Source: Schmidtea polychroa
Taxonomy: Eukaryota
Length of the DNA stretch: 64,000 bases
Direction of reading: 5' to 3'
Assembly (NCBI GenBank): GCA_044892525.1
Contig: CM097885.1
Location: forward strand, 46,997,727 to 47,061,726
Positions 1 to 12,944 of this stretch are shown here, one piece after another (within the stretch, counting starts at the first letter, position 1; each line of letters opens with the position of its first letter). The translations under genes and the position numbers were made by a program. The notes beneath the pieces were generated by a model. It saw only the letters and a program-made list of their open reading frames with translations. It made no database searches and had not been told where the DNA came from.

Positions 1-349
1 GATCAAATTTATAAAAAATTTATTGAAATCCAAGAAAAAAAGCAAGCTTTTGTTTAGCTGATTGCTTGGTTAGATGCCAAATTTTGTATTTCTTTTTTCA
101 AGATTAATATTATTTTAATTGTTGTATCAATATTACTAGCTATAGCCCGTCAAAAATGATTGATTTTAGGGAATAATAATAATATTATAATTATATTTTT
201 CAAATAAAGTGTTTTTAATTATTTCATTTATTTATTTTTTGAAAATTAAATTGCTATATTTGTATTTTAAATAAGGAAAATTATAATCAATTATAATTAT
301 GTCATAAAACATTATTTTAGTTTTTTAAACTTCTAACGTTGTAAGAATA

Positions 350-639
350 CACTCTCGGATCCAGGCCATCTAGTAAGGGGGGGGTCGATTTTTAGGTTTT
401 AATGGCAACCGCAGGCAAACTCTCTAGTCTTCATCAAATGATTGTATTTCAAATTTCAATAATTATAAATTACTTCAAAATACAATTTACAACATATAAT
501 CTACATTAAAATTTGAACATTTTTGTGACATTGCATACTTTCTTTATAGAGGGCTGCAAAAACGGAGTAAAAATCGCTAAAGAAATTTTTTTCCAAATAT
601 TATAAGGGAACGATCGCTCCTCCTATGGATCCACCAGTG
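350..639. mobile_element. hAT-type MITE
   Basis: Imperfect TIRs CACTCTCGGATCCA / TGGATCCACCAGTG; flanking 8-bp TSD TAAGAATA/TAAGAAAA. Confidence 0.65.
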
Positions 640-803
640 TAAGAAAATATATCGAAAGTTTTATTGCATTAAATTAAAAATTTCAATAAAATGAATTTAT
701 TATTAAGTTGCAGTATTTTAAATTAATGCATTTTTGTATATTGTATAACAATAATAATAATTTTTATAAAAATTATAATAATAATATTATTATTTATAAT
801 ATA

Positions 804-1043
804 AAGTGATGATTTCTTGGTAGCAGCATTTATTATTTAAAACAATAGAGTGATAATTTAAGCCTTTTGCTGCGAATAATGTATTTAATGAAAAAATTAT
901 TAAATACATTAAAAATCATTAGATACATTATTCACAGCAAAAGGCTTAAATTATCACTTTATTGTTTTTATTTATAATAATAATAAAAATTATAATTTAA
1001 TTATTTAAAATTTATATATGCTGCTACGAAGAAATCATCACTT
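804..1043. repeat. Palindromic (foldback) MITE-like repeat, dispersed family
   Basis: AAGTGATGATTTCTTGGTAGCAGCAT...AAGCCTTTTGCTGCGAATAATGTAT is mirrored by ATACATTATTCACAGCAAAAGGCTT...ATGCTGCTACGAAGAAATCATCACTT; partial copies near 37361, 39005-39082 and 49827. Confidence 0.7.
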
Positions 1044-1086
1044 AATAATAAAAATAATAATAGTTATAATAATAATGATTAATATG

Positions 1087-4000
1087 CAGGGCTGTGCCTG
1101 GGTATATGGCCGCCTGCGTGCTAGTATGCATGGCCACCCTTTGAGATAACATCAAAATCAAAGAAAAAAATAAAATTTTCATTCTTAATGTTTATTATTA
1201 TACTTATATATCTAATGTACATGTACATATTACCATTGAATATAAAACATTAATATGTTTTGGCACATCTATAAATCTATGATATTACAATCAAAAATTT
1301 ACTGTACGCGATTTTTTAGAGGCAAATTCTTCAATCGCCCTTCAATATTTAAGGAATCAGCAATTTCACTTTCAATTGCAATAATTGATTTATTACTGAG
1401 ACGTTCTTGAGTCATTGAAGTTCTCAGGTGGTTTTTGATTATTTTTAATTTTGAAAAACTTCGCACTCCAGATGCAACAGATACTGGAACTGTCAGTAAA
1501 AGTTTTAAACTTGTGGCGACATTTGGAAAGGAAGTCTCCAAGTTGTATTTGTATAAAAACTTTATGAGTTCTTCGGGCTGCTTTCTGTCTTTTATGATAA
1601 TTTAAAGAGAAATTAACTCTTGATATAATTCTACGCCACTGATATCACAAGATTCACCATCTTTAAATTTATTATGGAGATCAAAACAACTTTTTTTATT
1701 TTCTCATGTTCCATATCAATAAATTTGTATAGAAATCCAAAACATTGTTCGAAATTTGACAAAGTTTCAAAACGGGTGGTAAGAGATGAAATAGCTGTAT
1801 CTAGTATTACATAGATAAAATTAATTTGAAAATGTTCTTTTGGAGTAAATTGAATATCTTCATCTCCTTCATAGCTAAATTGTTTTCGGTGATGTCGGAG
1901 ACGCACACTAATTTCAGCAGGAAAATCCGGTTCTGTTTCAAGTGCTTTACAAAGTTCATTAGAAATCTGCAAATAATTTTCGAAAATTTCGTCATTTCTA
2001 ATGCTTTTGAAAAATTTCAAAACTTCTTTAATTGATTCAGCACACGAACTAATATTCCAAGAAACTTTCTGCATCATTTTGCTAATAAAATCTACCTTTT
2101 CCAAGATTTCGTACCATATTATTTTTGAAGAAATAAATTTATAAGATTTAAGTTTCATTGCCAAACATTCAGCTTCATGTCGAACTGTTGGCATTGAAGA
2201 TTCCTCAGCTATTTCTATAAGGCTGTCATAAATTTCACCTAATTCATTTCGCAGTGGTCTAATCGCTTTAATTCTTGTTTCTCATCGAGTTTCACTAACT
2301 TGTTTCAATGTTAAAGATTTTACATTTTTCTTTAAAACTTGCCATCTAAATGGTGATCCACTGAAAAAGTTGTATATTGCAGATACATTACTGAAAAAAT
2401 CCACCGTTGAAAACGAAACTTTAGCTGCATCATTAATGGCCAAATTTAATGTATGCACGTTGCATGGCATTAACAAAGCTCGTGGATAATTGTCCAAAAT
2501 TCGTTTTTGCAATCCTTTATGTTTTCCGGACATATTAGACCCATCATCGTATTCCTGGCCCCTCATATCGTTAATATTTAATTCAAGATAGTTTAACTTT
2601 TGAATTAAGAAGTCGTAAAAAGATTCTCCAGTACATTTTTCAGCTTGATAAAAGCCAATGAAATTTTCTGTTACTTCAACTTCATAATTTTTAATATGTA
2701 CATACCTAATAATCATTGTAATTTGCTCGACATGTCTAGTGTCCGGCGTACAGTCCAAAATGACTGAAAAATATTTTGCCTCTTTTATTGATGTTAATAT
2801 ATATTTTTGAATTTGGGTTGCAAGGATAGTGATTATTTCATTTTGAAAGCGATTTCCCAGGTAATGTGGCATGTGGTTCTTTAAAGCGATTTGTTCTTGT
2901 ACGCGTTTTATGTGGTCTGCCATTATATCATCAAATTTTCCTATCATTTCAATTGCTTTCAGAAAATTTCCATTATTTTTTTCGTACAATTTGCTGGAAG
3001 AACCTCTAAAAGCTAAACACTGTCCTGTTAGAAATTGTACCACAGATATCATGCGCCTGACAATTTCACACCATCGTTTTTTCTCGGCGTCATAATACCG
3101 TCGCATATTCTTATCAATTGTAGTTTTTCTTTTTAAATTTAATTCCAATTTTTTCCAACAGGTGCAATTTTCGATGTGTAGCGATGTTTTTTCGTGACGA
3201 GATAAGTTGTCAGATATGTGTTGCCAATCGTTGAAGCCTTCATTAACTAATTTTATTTCTTGTTTGCCAAATAATTTATAACAGAAGCAAAATGTGGCAT
3301 CATTTTTTGGAGAATAGATTAACCACTCACGATTAAATTTTTCACCATTTCGCAGTTTTCTATAGAAATAAACCTTTGAAAATGATCTTCCAAATTCATT
3401 TAGTGGATATGTAGATTGTATATTTTGAATAGGGCCTTTTTCAATTAAAATATCCAGCATTTTATTGGTAAGTGTTAAAGGCCAGCAAGCTGGATCATTT
3501 AGTTCTATACACATAGCAAAATATTCTTCATCAATTTCAGTGATATCGTCGATATTCGTAACTGCAATATCTCCTATTTCATCATTACTACTAATATTGT
3601 CATTATCATTTGTATTTCTGCAGATAATTCATTTTCATTGGAAAAAAATTCACTGCTTGGATTTGCTTGGCTACTGCAAGCATTTTGCATTTGTGGAGGT
3701 TTTTCCAAATATTTGGTTAGTGAACCAAAGAATTTTTTAGCAACATGTTATTTTTCTTTCTCGCTTTCTAGACAATCTTTTCGTTTTCCTTCCAGTCATT
3801 CTTAGGCCTTTTACTAAAATGTTTAAAAATATCAATAAGGATTTATATTGAAATTAATTTATTATAGAATTAAATTCATTACCTTTTTCAACCTTTTGTA
3901 ACAAAGCGTTGGGTGAGGCGGTGAGAGAATCTGCCCAAGCGCTTTCCGAGTTCGAATAGGGTTTTATTGCCACGCAGCTGAGACGCTTGCCGTGCTATAG

Positions 4001-4514
4001 ACAGACAGATAAATCCCATATTATAACACACACACACACACACACGCGCTCCCAACTTACCTACAGTCAGGTAGAGCAACTATGCCGAGCGCATGTGAAC
4101 GCATGCTGACGCGTAGAACCCGTAGAACTCAGTAAGGTTAAAATCAGTTAGAATAAAGAGAGATGTACTCTGTTCATCGTGGGTTAAAAAGAGTGTTCAT
4201 CTCTCTTTATTCTTACATCACGGAGTTCTATGCGGCCACTGCGCCAGCATGCGCTCGCCAATAATATTCTGTGATAGGCGCAGCTAAAAAAAAATTTAGT
4301 ACGCCATAGAGCGCAATGATAATGATTACAATTGACGAATTGACAACAACACTCAACTATTTGACAATTTACTTCGATTATATATGACTATGACTATATA
4401 TTAACATTGTTATTTTGCTTTTTAATTTTTTTTGTTTTTCTGGTCGTCAGGCGCCTTTTAATTTGGCCACCTGCGTGCGGCGCACGTAATGAACGCCGGT
4501 CAGGCACGGCCCTG
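1087..4514 (-). mobile_element. Full-length hAT DNA transposon (Tip100/ZMYM1-like)
   Basis: 14-bp TIRs CAGGGCTGTGCCTG (1087) and CAGGCACGGCCCTG (4501-4514); 8-bp TSD TTAATATG/TTCATATG; contains a transposase. Confidence 0.92.
1299..3799 (-). pseudogene. Disrupted hAT transposase
   Basis: ORF pieces 2282-3514, 1631-2194 and 1299-1541: TTF-type zinc finger (WLIYS...FCFCYKLF...RHE...H), LAFRG, ILDCTPD, C-terminal dimerisation region PVSVASGVRSFSKLKIIK...MTQERL. In-frame stop at 2282, frameshifts, and the catalytic E of ERSFS replaced by V. Confidence 0.9.
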
Positions 4515-4734
4515 TTCATATGTATGATTAACAAAGGTATGTGTAATACATTAACAAAAACATCTGCAAGACTAGAGCATGGTTAACACATTTTGCCAAT
4601 GAATTTTAAAAGAAAGTTTCCAAAATAATAATTTTATAAAATATTCTGTATTTAAAATATCTTATTTTGGTAAAATATTGCAAAAAAATAAATCTGTTGA
4701 AATTTTTCAGTAAAAAAATTTTTGAAATAAGTAT

Positions 4735-6085
4735 AGTAGGTAGTTAGGGGCTCCCTGCAGCAGTAATTTTTTCCTGCTTTTTGATTATGCAATTGCTGCA
4801 GGGAGCCACACTTTTTTTTCTGGGATTTTCAATACAAAATTTTTTTTTCAATACAAATTAATTTTTTTCGGACTATAGTGAGGGGGTCTCCTTGGTCCTG
4901 AGAATTTCAATACAAAAATGGGTCCTCACTAAAAAAGCCACGAATTTTTCAGACTATAGTGAGGGGGTCTCCTTGGTCCTGGGATTTTCAATACAAATTT
5001 CAATTTACGCTAAAAAAGCCACGAATTTTTCAGACTATAGTGAGGGGGTCTCCTTGGTCCTGGGATTTTCAATACAAATTTCAATTTACGCTAAAAAAGG
5101 CAAGGATTTTTTAGACTATTGTGAGGGGTCACCTTGGTCCATGGATTTTCAATACAAAAAGGTAGTTTACACTAAAAAGCCAAGGATTTTTCCAAGTAAA
5201 TCAAGGTGGGTCTCATTGGTCCTCAGAATTTCAATACAAAAAGGGGTCTACACTAAAAAAGCTTGTTAATTTAAGGTCTCAGGATATTTTCAATAGAAAA
5301 AGGGGTCTACACTAAAACACAGTGGTAATTTAATATCTCAGGATATTTTCATTACAAAAAGGTGGTCTTCAATAAAAAAGCATGGATTTTTCCAAGTAAA
5401 TCAAGGTGGGTCTCCTTGGTCCTGAGAATTTCAATATAAAATCCGACTATCACTAAAAAGCCAAGGTAATATAAGGTCTCAGGATATTTTCAATACAAAA
5501 AGCCAAGGATAATAATTTACTGTAATTTAAAATTATAGACCATTATTTACTTTAATTTTAAAGTTTACCATAATTTTTTAGTGTAGACCACCTTTTTCTA
5601 TTAAAAATCTCAGGACCAAGGAGACCCACCTTAATTTAATTAGAAAATTCTATGGTTTTTTAGTGATAATTGAATTATGTATTGAAAATCCCAGGACCAA
5701 TGTGACCAACCTTATTTTAATTAGAAATATCAATGCTTTTGTATTGAAAATGACCAGAGACCTTAAATTACTATGGCTTTTTTATCCATAATTGAAATTT
5801 GTATTGAAAATCCCAGGACCAAGGAGCCCTTTTAATTTACTTTGAAAATTCTATGCTTTTTTAACGGTAATTCAAATTTGTATTGAAAATCCCAGGACCA
5901 GGGAGACCCCCTCACTATAGTCTGAAAATTCTATGCTTTTTTAGCGAGGCCCACCTTTTTGTATTGAAATTCTCAGGTTCCATCGAAACCCCCTCACTAT
6001 AGTCTGAAAAAATTTATTTGTATTGAAAATCCCAGAAAAAAAAACATTGGAACTCGCGGCCGCAATTATGTAATCAAAAAATGTA
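4735..6085. repeat. Foldback element with long inverted arms of ~81-bp tandem units
   Basis: Unit GACTATAGTGAGGGGGTCTCCTTGGTCCTGGGATTTTCAATACAAA recurs at ~4871, 4952, 5033, 5113 and in reverse complement at ~5600-6035; the left end begins AGTAGGTAG. Confidence 0.8.
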
Positions 6086-6166
6086 AGTTGCCGTAGACCC
6101 GATTTTCTGATTTTAAGTTTCGATGTGTTGGTCTTCGAGTCAAGTTTCTGGATATTTGTTGAAGAG

Positions 6167-7328
6167 CATGGATGCCCAAAGTGCGGCCAGTTTTACTTTA
6201 TTTCGTTACACGTTGTTTTCAGAATGTATAATCGATTTATGATTTCGAAAAATCCATATTTTCTCGTTATCCCTTATAAATAAATTTGATATAGGAAAAG
6301 TTTAAGAAAAAATTAATTTTTAATTTGCATAAAAACTGACATTGGCTTAATTTTATTTTGAAAGTTATATTTTAAATTGTAATTGAATAAAGAAATATTT
6401 GGAATTGTTTATACTTGTGACATTTAATTAAATCTGGCAATTGTAAGGTTGAATTATTTATTGATATTCAAATAAACTAATAAATAATAAATAAATTTAC
6501 GGCTAGTAGATAAAAATGAATGAAAAATAACGTCAATTAAAAGATGAAAGCCGTTCATTTCAAGAATCTTGGACCAACGACTTCTTTGTTAAACCAAAAA
6601 GTAATGGCGTTATATGCTTGATTTGTGATGCAGTTATTATTCTCAAAGGACATAATATTAGAAAACATTTCTCAAATAAATACAAACAAAAATACGACTT
6701 ACTTTCAACTGAACAAAGTGATTGTGAAGTAAAGAAACTTTCGGCAAAACCTTTTTGTACGTTGTAGTAATGAATGTGAAGGCATAAACTTAGTTAGTAT
6801 TACGGTTTCTCAGTAAATTTCAAAAAGATTAAAATCACATTCAGATGATGAATTTATAGGAGTGTCTAATTGCAGTTGCAGGTGTTCTTTTTCTGATAAG
6901 GTTACAATTTTTAAGCAGATTAATTTATCAAGAAATTCAGCTGGAATTGTTAAAACTGCAAAATGATTTGTCAGTTAAGTAGGCATTTTCAGATAATCTA
7001 AGTAATTTCCTAAAAATTTACTTAACTGAAACTAATTATACAAATATAACAAATACTTTTTTAAAAGTAATTTCTTTATTCGGTACAACGCATAACAGCG
7101 AAAGAATTTTTTCGTTATTAAAATATACAAAAAATTCTTATAGAAGCAGATTAACTGAAAACAATTTAAGAAATGAATTAAGAATTTCAAATACGCGATT
7201 AGATTATAATTAAAAAAAATTAATTTAAATAAAAAAATTCAACAAAAAATTGTGTTTGTTTTGCGGCCAGTATTTTTATTTTTTCGTAAGATTTTGGTCA
7301 TTCATTCCATGATCTTTTCGCACTCCTG
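6167..7328 (+). mobile_element. Internally deleted hAT-Charlie/SPIN-like element (GTF2IRD2-like transposase relics)
   Basis: Ends CATGGATGCCCAAAGTGCGGCC ... CGCACTCCTG followed by GTCTAGAG. Relic reading frames RSFQESWTNDFF...ICLIC...HNIRKHF (~6540-6680) and LFGTTHNSERIFSLLK...RSRLTENNL (~7070-7195). Confidence 0.65.
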
Positions 7329-7378
7329 GTCTAGAGATTTAGTTTCTTTTTCTTTTACATTCAAGTTTTAAATTCAAA

Positions 7379-7940
7379 TAGGGTTGCCAACTTTTGATTC
7401 GACCAAAAGCGTATTCAAATTTCTTTTAACCATATAGTAACAAAAATGACAAATAATTGCAATAAATAAAATTGAGATATTTATTTTCATATTTATTTCA
7501 AAGGCCTCTCTAAAAGACAAAACTTATAATTTCAAAACAAAATTACTTTTCGAAATTCGAATTATAAATTTACTTACAGGTTATAGAGAGCAATAATAAT
7601 CAACAATTAATAAAACTTAAACAAAATTAATAATTAATAAAATTATATATTTTACTTTTTAATTTCTACATCTCAGAAATTAATTTTCAAAATACAGGAA
7701 ATATCACATTGTAATTATGACAGTTTTTCTGGAAATTTCAAGTAAATTTAAATATGAATTTGGAAAACATTCTGCCGTTTCAATTTGGAAAGCAATTTTT
7801 TTTACACCATCGAACCAAAAATTGACAATATTTTTATCCCAGCAAGCTAAAAGCGCATTTTTTCGTATATCTATGAAAAGCGTGCGTATAACGTATACAT
7901 GTTTGTTTTTTGCATGAAAAGCGTACAGTTGGCAACCCTA
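7379..7940. mobile_element. hAT MITE
   Basis: TIRs TAGGGTTGCCAACT / AGTTGGCAACCCTA; perfect 8-bp TSD AATTCAAA. Confidence 0.9.
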
Positions 7941-9217
7941 AATTCAAATGTATTTGTAGCCATCTCTGGGCTACAACTTAGTTTTTTCCAAGTATGAGTT
8001 AGTAGAGTTTAGTTGTTTCAGTTTTTTTCATATTTTTCACTTTTTAGAACTTTCTCATGAGTTTTAATTGAACTTAGAAAATTATTTATCATATGCTAAA
8101 ATATAATTTATGTAAATTGCCGCATTGTAAATGTCAACAATTACTATATAAATAAGATTGTGAATAAGGAAGTGAAAAGGTTGTGACAATAATATAATAC
8201 ATTTCTATATACAAATATACTACTTATATGAAGGCGACTTCAACAATCTGAAACATTAGTACATTACAATTATTATTGCAAAGGTAAATATTAATTAATA
8301 TTTTTTAAATATACAATTTCTAATTACTACAATACAAATTGTATTATAAAATTACTATAAACAGTAAATATTTACGCCACATAAAATCATCAGTAAAATT
8401 TATAATACTGGTAACACACCAATTTGTGTTGAAATTTTTGTTACGCTAGATAAATATTTCTCACGATAACCCTTTAACATAGGATTCTAACTTGGCAGCG
8501 AAATAAATTATTTCTCACCTCAAAATTCATATTTAAATGGTCACCTCAACATATACCGGAGTTCAGCTACCGGCGACAATCATTGATTTGCGTACGCCCG
8601 CTCATGAACCGCCTCAGAAGAAGTCTGACGAAAGCCGAGCGTAATGCGAGGAAACGCGCTCGCAGGCTGGCGGAATTCGTTCAAACGTACCATTGCAATG
8701 TGGTTATTTATTCCTATGTCTGGAAATAATAACTAATTTCTGCTAATAATAATAAAAAAAATAATTAAAATAGTAAATAATAAATAATAAATAAATAAAT
8801 TATATAAATATTAAAATATAAAATATAATTATATATAATATATTTTTTTAGCGAATAATGGAAAAAAGAAAGCTTTCTGGCTGGGAATATAAACAAAAAC
8901 GACACTGAAAAGAGGAGCAAAAGAAGAAAAATCAGAAATTATTCGAAAATTATTTGTTCAAACCTCATTGTCAGCAATCGGCTAACGAAAATCAAATAGA
9001 CATTGTTAAAAACATTGAATTAAATTCTAAAAGTTTAATCGAAATGATTAATTCGGTTGGACCAGAATCTGAAAGCGTTTTCCAATTAAATGACTCTGTC
9101 CATCGTATTGAAATTAGCTCAACAATTGAACCAGCAACTGAATTAGTTGCAACAGTGTTTTGTTTTGATGATGCTGATATCAGCAATTGGCTAGAGGCAG
9201 AAGAAATTAACAAAAAT

Positions 9218-9487
9218 CAGTGGCGGAACTTCAAAATTTGGGCCCCCCGCGCAATCTAAAAAAATTCCACAATAATTTTTTTTAACAAAAACAAGTTAGA
9301 TATTTATTTCATATATCATAAAAATAATACAAAAATGAAACTAAAACTTAATGGACCTTAATATTAAAATATTTCCTCCATGCCTTCATATTGGCAAAAT
9401 CAGTAATGATTGTAAATATTTTTTTAGTAATAATTTTGGGCCCTCTATAGCTGGTGGGCCCCGCAATGCAGGGTTCTGCGTCCACTG
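9218..9487 (-). mobile_element. Non-autonomous hAT MITE nested in hAT transposase
   Basis: TIRs CAGTGG.../...CCACTG; perfect 8-bp TSD ACAAAAAT; keeps a minus-strand C-terminal relic IITDFANMKAWRK. Confidence 0.88.
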
Positions 9488-11028
9488 ACAAAAATGTCAT
9501 TCAGTAAATTGTGTTAAAAGGACCTAACAAATTCAAAGATAATTTAAATCAATATCCTAAAAACTCAAGCTTTTCAAATCATTATTTTTACCGAATTATA
9601 TGGTGAAAGAATCAAGAGATCATGGTTAGTTTATTCAAAAAAGTCTGATAAAGTTTATTGTTTTGGCTCGAAACTGTATCAATGATTGGCGAGATATTTC
9701 ACAAATTCTAAAAAGGCATGAGCGAAATGTTTAACATTTTGAATGTTTCAGCAAATGGATGGAACTGAAAAATCGATAACAGAAAGGAACATTAGTGGAT
9801 TCTACAACAAAAGCCTGCAAAAGAAAGTGAAACATTGGTATAAGGGGCTGGGAAGATTAATTTAATTAAAAATGATGATGGCAAAACAAAACATGCCATT
9901 CAGAGGTTCTTTGAATAAAGTTTATGAAGAAACTTTCTAAAAATTTTAGAATTTTTAGCTGAATTCGACCCGGTTATGGAGAAACATTTATTAAGAGCTA
10001 TAGAAAACCAAATTCTGTTCACTATCTAGGAAAAGATATGCAGAATGAAGTTTTGGCTTTAATTGACAATTGCATCAGAAGCAAAATTTTAGAAAAGGTG
10101 CAGAAATCTAATTATTATTCATTAATTGTTGATTGTACACAGGACATCAGCCTCTCGGGAAAAAACGACAATGATAATTCGATATGTTGAGGTGGATACT
10201 ATCAATGAAATTCATATTATTAAAAGTTTTCTTGGATTCCATCTGATTGAAGGTTCAACAAGAATTGAACTGACAAATGCGATCAACGATTCACTGGAAA
10301 AATTATTTATCAGTTGAAAACATCAGATGCCAAAGTTATGATAATGGTGCGAACATGGAAGGCATTTCAAATGGCGTTCAAGCTCACATTTTAAAGAATA
10401 ATTCCCATGCATTTAACATTCCATGTTGCAATCACACTTTAGTGCATAGTTCACCCCAAATTGCTCTATTTTCAACGTCATTGATCAGATTTATGAATTC
10501 TTCTCTGCTTCATCGAAAAGATGGGAAGTTTTAAAATCTAAATGTCCATCAATGACAAACAAATCTTTAAGTGATACACACTGGGACAGCAATGTTAATG
10601 CTGTCAAAACGGTTAGATTTGAATTGCCAAAAATTTACCAAGCATTACAAGATGTTGACAAAGAAACTAATGATTCAATCACAAAATTGACAGCGGAATC
10701 CATTGCAGCAAAAATCACAAATTTTGAATTTATATGTTCAATTGTAATTTGGTATAAAGTGTTATTTGAAATTAATCTTTCCAGCAAACATCTTGAAACA
10801 CTTTCAACGAACATTTCTGAAAGTTTGCAGTCACTTGAGCGAACAATCACTTTTTTTCCAACAGAACTGTAACCAAATCCAGTTTGATTCAATTGTCACA
10901 GAAGCACGAAAACTTGCAAACATTTTAAATGTCGAAAATAATTTTCTTGCAGAATCAAAGAAAAAGATTTTTTGATGAAGTGCAAGATGTGGAAGAAAAT
11001 TTAAATCAAATGCAGAAGTACAAAACAG

Positions 11029-11732
11029 CGTATTCCGACAATCCGCAAACACGACAATCCAACAAGTACGACAATTCGCCAAACTACAATCCGCCAAATG
11101 ACAATCCGCCAACAGACAATCTGCCAACACGACAATCCGCCAACACTTAAAAATTGGCCAACGCTGACATTTATAAAAAAAAATATTTGTAAGTCATCAT
11201 ATTAAAATTAATTCACATGTACTTGTACAACAAATTTGCCTAAATAATCATTCAAATAAAAGCATTAAAATCAAATACCAGTACCTTTGCGACATGTTGA
11301 ATGTGAGTAGTACTCTTGTGAGCAATACCCATAGGGGGTCAAAACATCTTGTCGGATAAACTCAGAGTATATATAATAAAACGAATTAACTCATTCAAAT
11401 TTATCATTGAATCAGTCAAATTATCACAAATTTTGATAAAAAATCTTGTTTACCCCTCAGCCAGTTAAATTGTTTAAATATTTAATTAAAATTTTATATT
11501 AAACAATTACTAGTTGATTCTTATCTTTCAGCGGAGAATTTATTATTAAAAATTTAAAAATATAATAAATTTAAAATGTATGTATGTTAAAACAAAAATT
11601 TATCGACTTTTTGCAGATTGTCGCTTTGGCGGATTGTCGCTTTGGTGGATTGTCGCTTTGAACTATTTGGCGGATTGTCATTTGGCGAATTGTCGTTTGG
11701 CGGATTGTCGTTTGGCGGATTGTCGTACAATC
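11029..11732. mobile_element. Mutator-like MITE with tandem subterminal repeats
   Basis: Perfect 9-bp TSD ACAAAACAG (11020-11028, 11733-11741); inverted arrays of ~15-16-bp GACAATCCGCCAA / TTGGCGGATTGTC. Confidence 0.85.
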
Positions 11733-12944
11733 ACAAAACAGAAGTTTTTGATAAAATATTTAGGTGTGTTATAAGTACTTTGAACAATCGATTTAAAGCA
11801 TTTCAAACTGGAATTGAACATTTCAAATTTTTATTCAACGTAAAAAATATTTCTTCTATGTCGGATAAAGGTTTATAAACATCTTGTGAAAATTTAGAAA
11901 ACAATTAACAGACGAAACGAAACGAGATTTTTCTGGGGAAGAATTGCAGGTGGAATTAAAATCACTCGCATCCCGGTTCAACGAAGATGTAGATACAGAA
12001 AAGAGTTTAAATTTCATTAACAAAAATAATTTAAATGAAATTTACGTAAGAATTATGCTCACATTTCCTATCACAGTTGCATCTGCTGAAAGAAGTTTTT
12101 CGAAACTTAAAATAATTAACAAATATTTAAGACCAAACATGAACCAAGAAAGACTGAACAACTTAGCGATGATTTCAATTGAAAGCGGCATTGCAACCAA
12201 TTTAAATATTGTAGATTTACGGTTAAAATTTTCATAGTAACTATTTCCCAAATTTCTTATTTTGTTACACTTTTTTTGTTACAAACATTATAGTGATTTT
12301 ACAATTTATTTTCATAATACAAAATATTCTTTTAAATTTCACTTAAATTTAAAACATGCGGCAACATAAAAATTCACGCACCCTCAAAATTTGTAGCGCC
12401 GGCCCTGTATATATATATATATTTCGATGTTATCATCGCTTCAATTTTTACTACGATATTTATTGTGATATTATTATTATTATTATTATTATTATTGTTA
12501 TTATTATTATTACTATGATTGTCGTTGTAAGGATTAAGATCGTTATTATGGCTTTTCATTCTCATTTTTATAAAAATGTTATTGTCAACTTTAGTATCAC
12601 TTCCATTTATACTGGTTTAAAATTATTATAACTGTTGGTATCTTCTTTTCCCGAACTTCGGGTGTTAATTGCATCAATCATTAATTACAAATAAATTCAC
12701 GCTTTCAAAAATATATATTTTATTACACAATATTTAAACAAAGTTAGGATAATCCAAACTATGCAAATTTTTCTTGACAGGATCTTTTTAAATATTCATA
12801 CATACATCCAACATACGATTTTTAATTACTGTATTTTTTTATTTATTTTTTAAATTAATTTCAGTTATATTTTAATAAACCTATATATTTAATGAAACTT
12901 TAATAGACTTTTAATTACAATTTTAAATTTTATTTTAACTATAG

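Larger units (their letters stand above)
8560..12407 (+). mobile_element. Decayed hAT (ZMYM1-like) transposon with two nested MITEs
   Basis: Transposase relics from MEKRKLSGWEYKQK (8858) through MPFRG, CQSYDNGANMEG and LSDTHW to TVASAERSFSKLKII (~12070). Right TIR GTAGCGCCGGCCCTG ends 12407; the left end is only approximate. Confidence 0.8.

Noticed and set aside
4892..5269. 125-aa repetitive ORF
   Set aside because: Arises from the 81-bp tandem unit of the foldback element.
10831..11878. LADC-repeat ORFs
   Set aside because: Translations of the MITE subterminal repeats.
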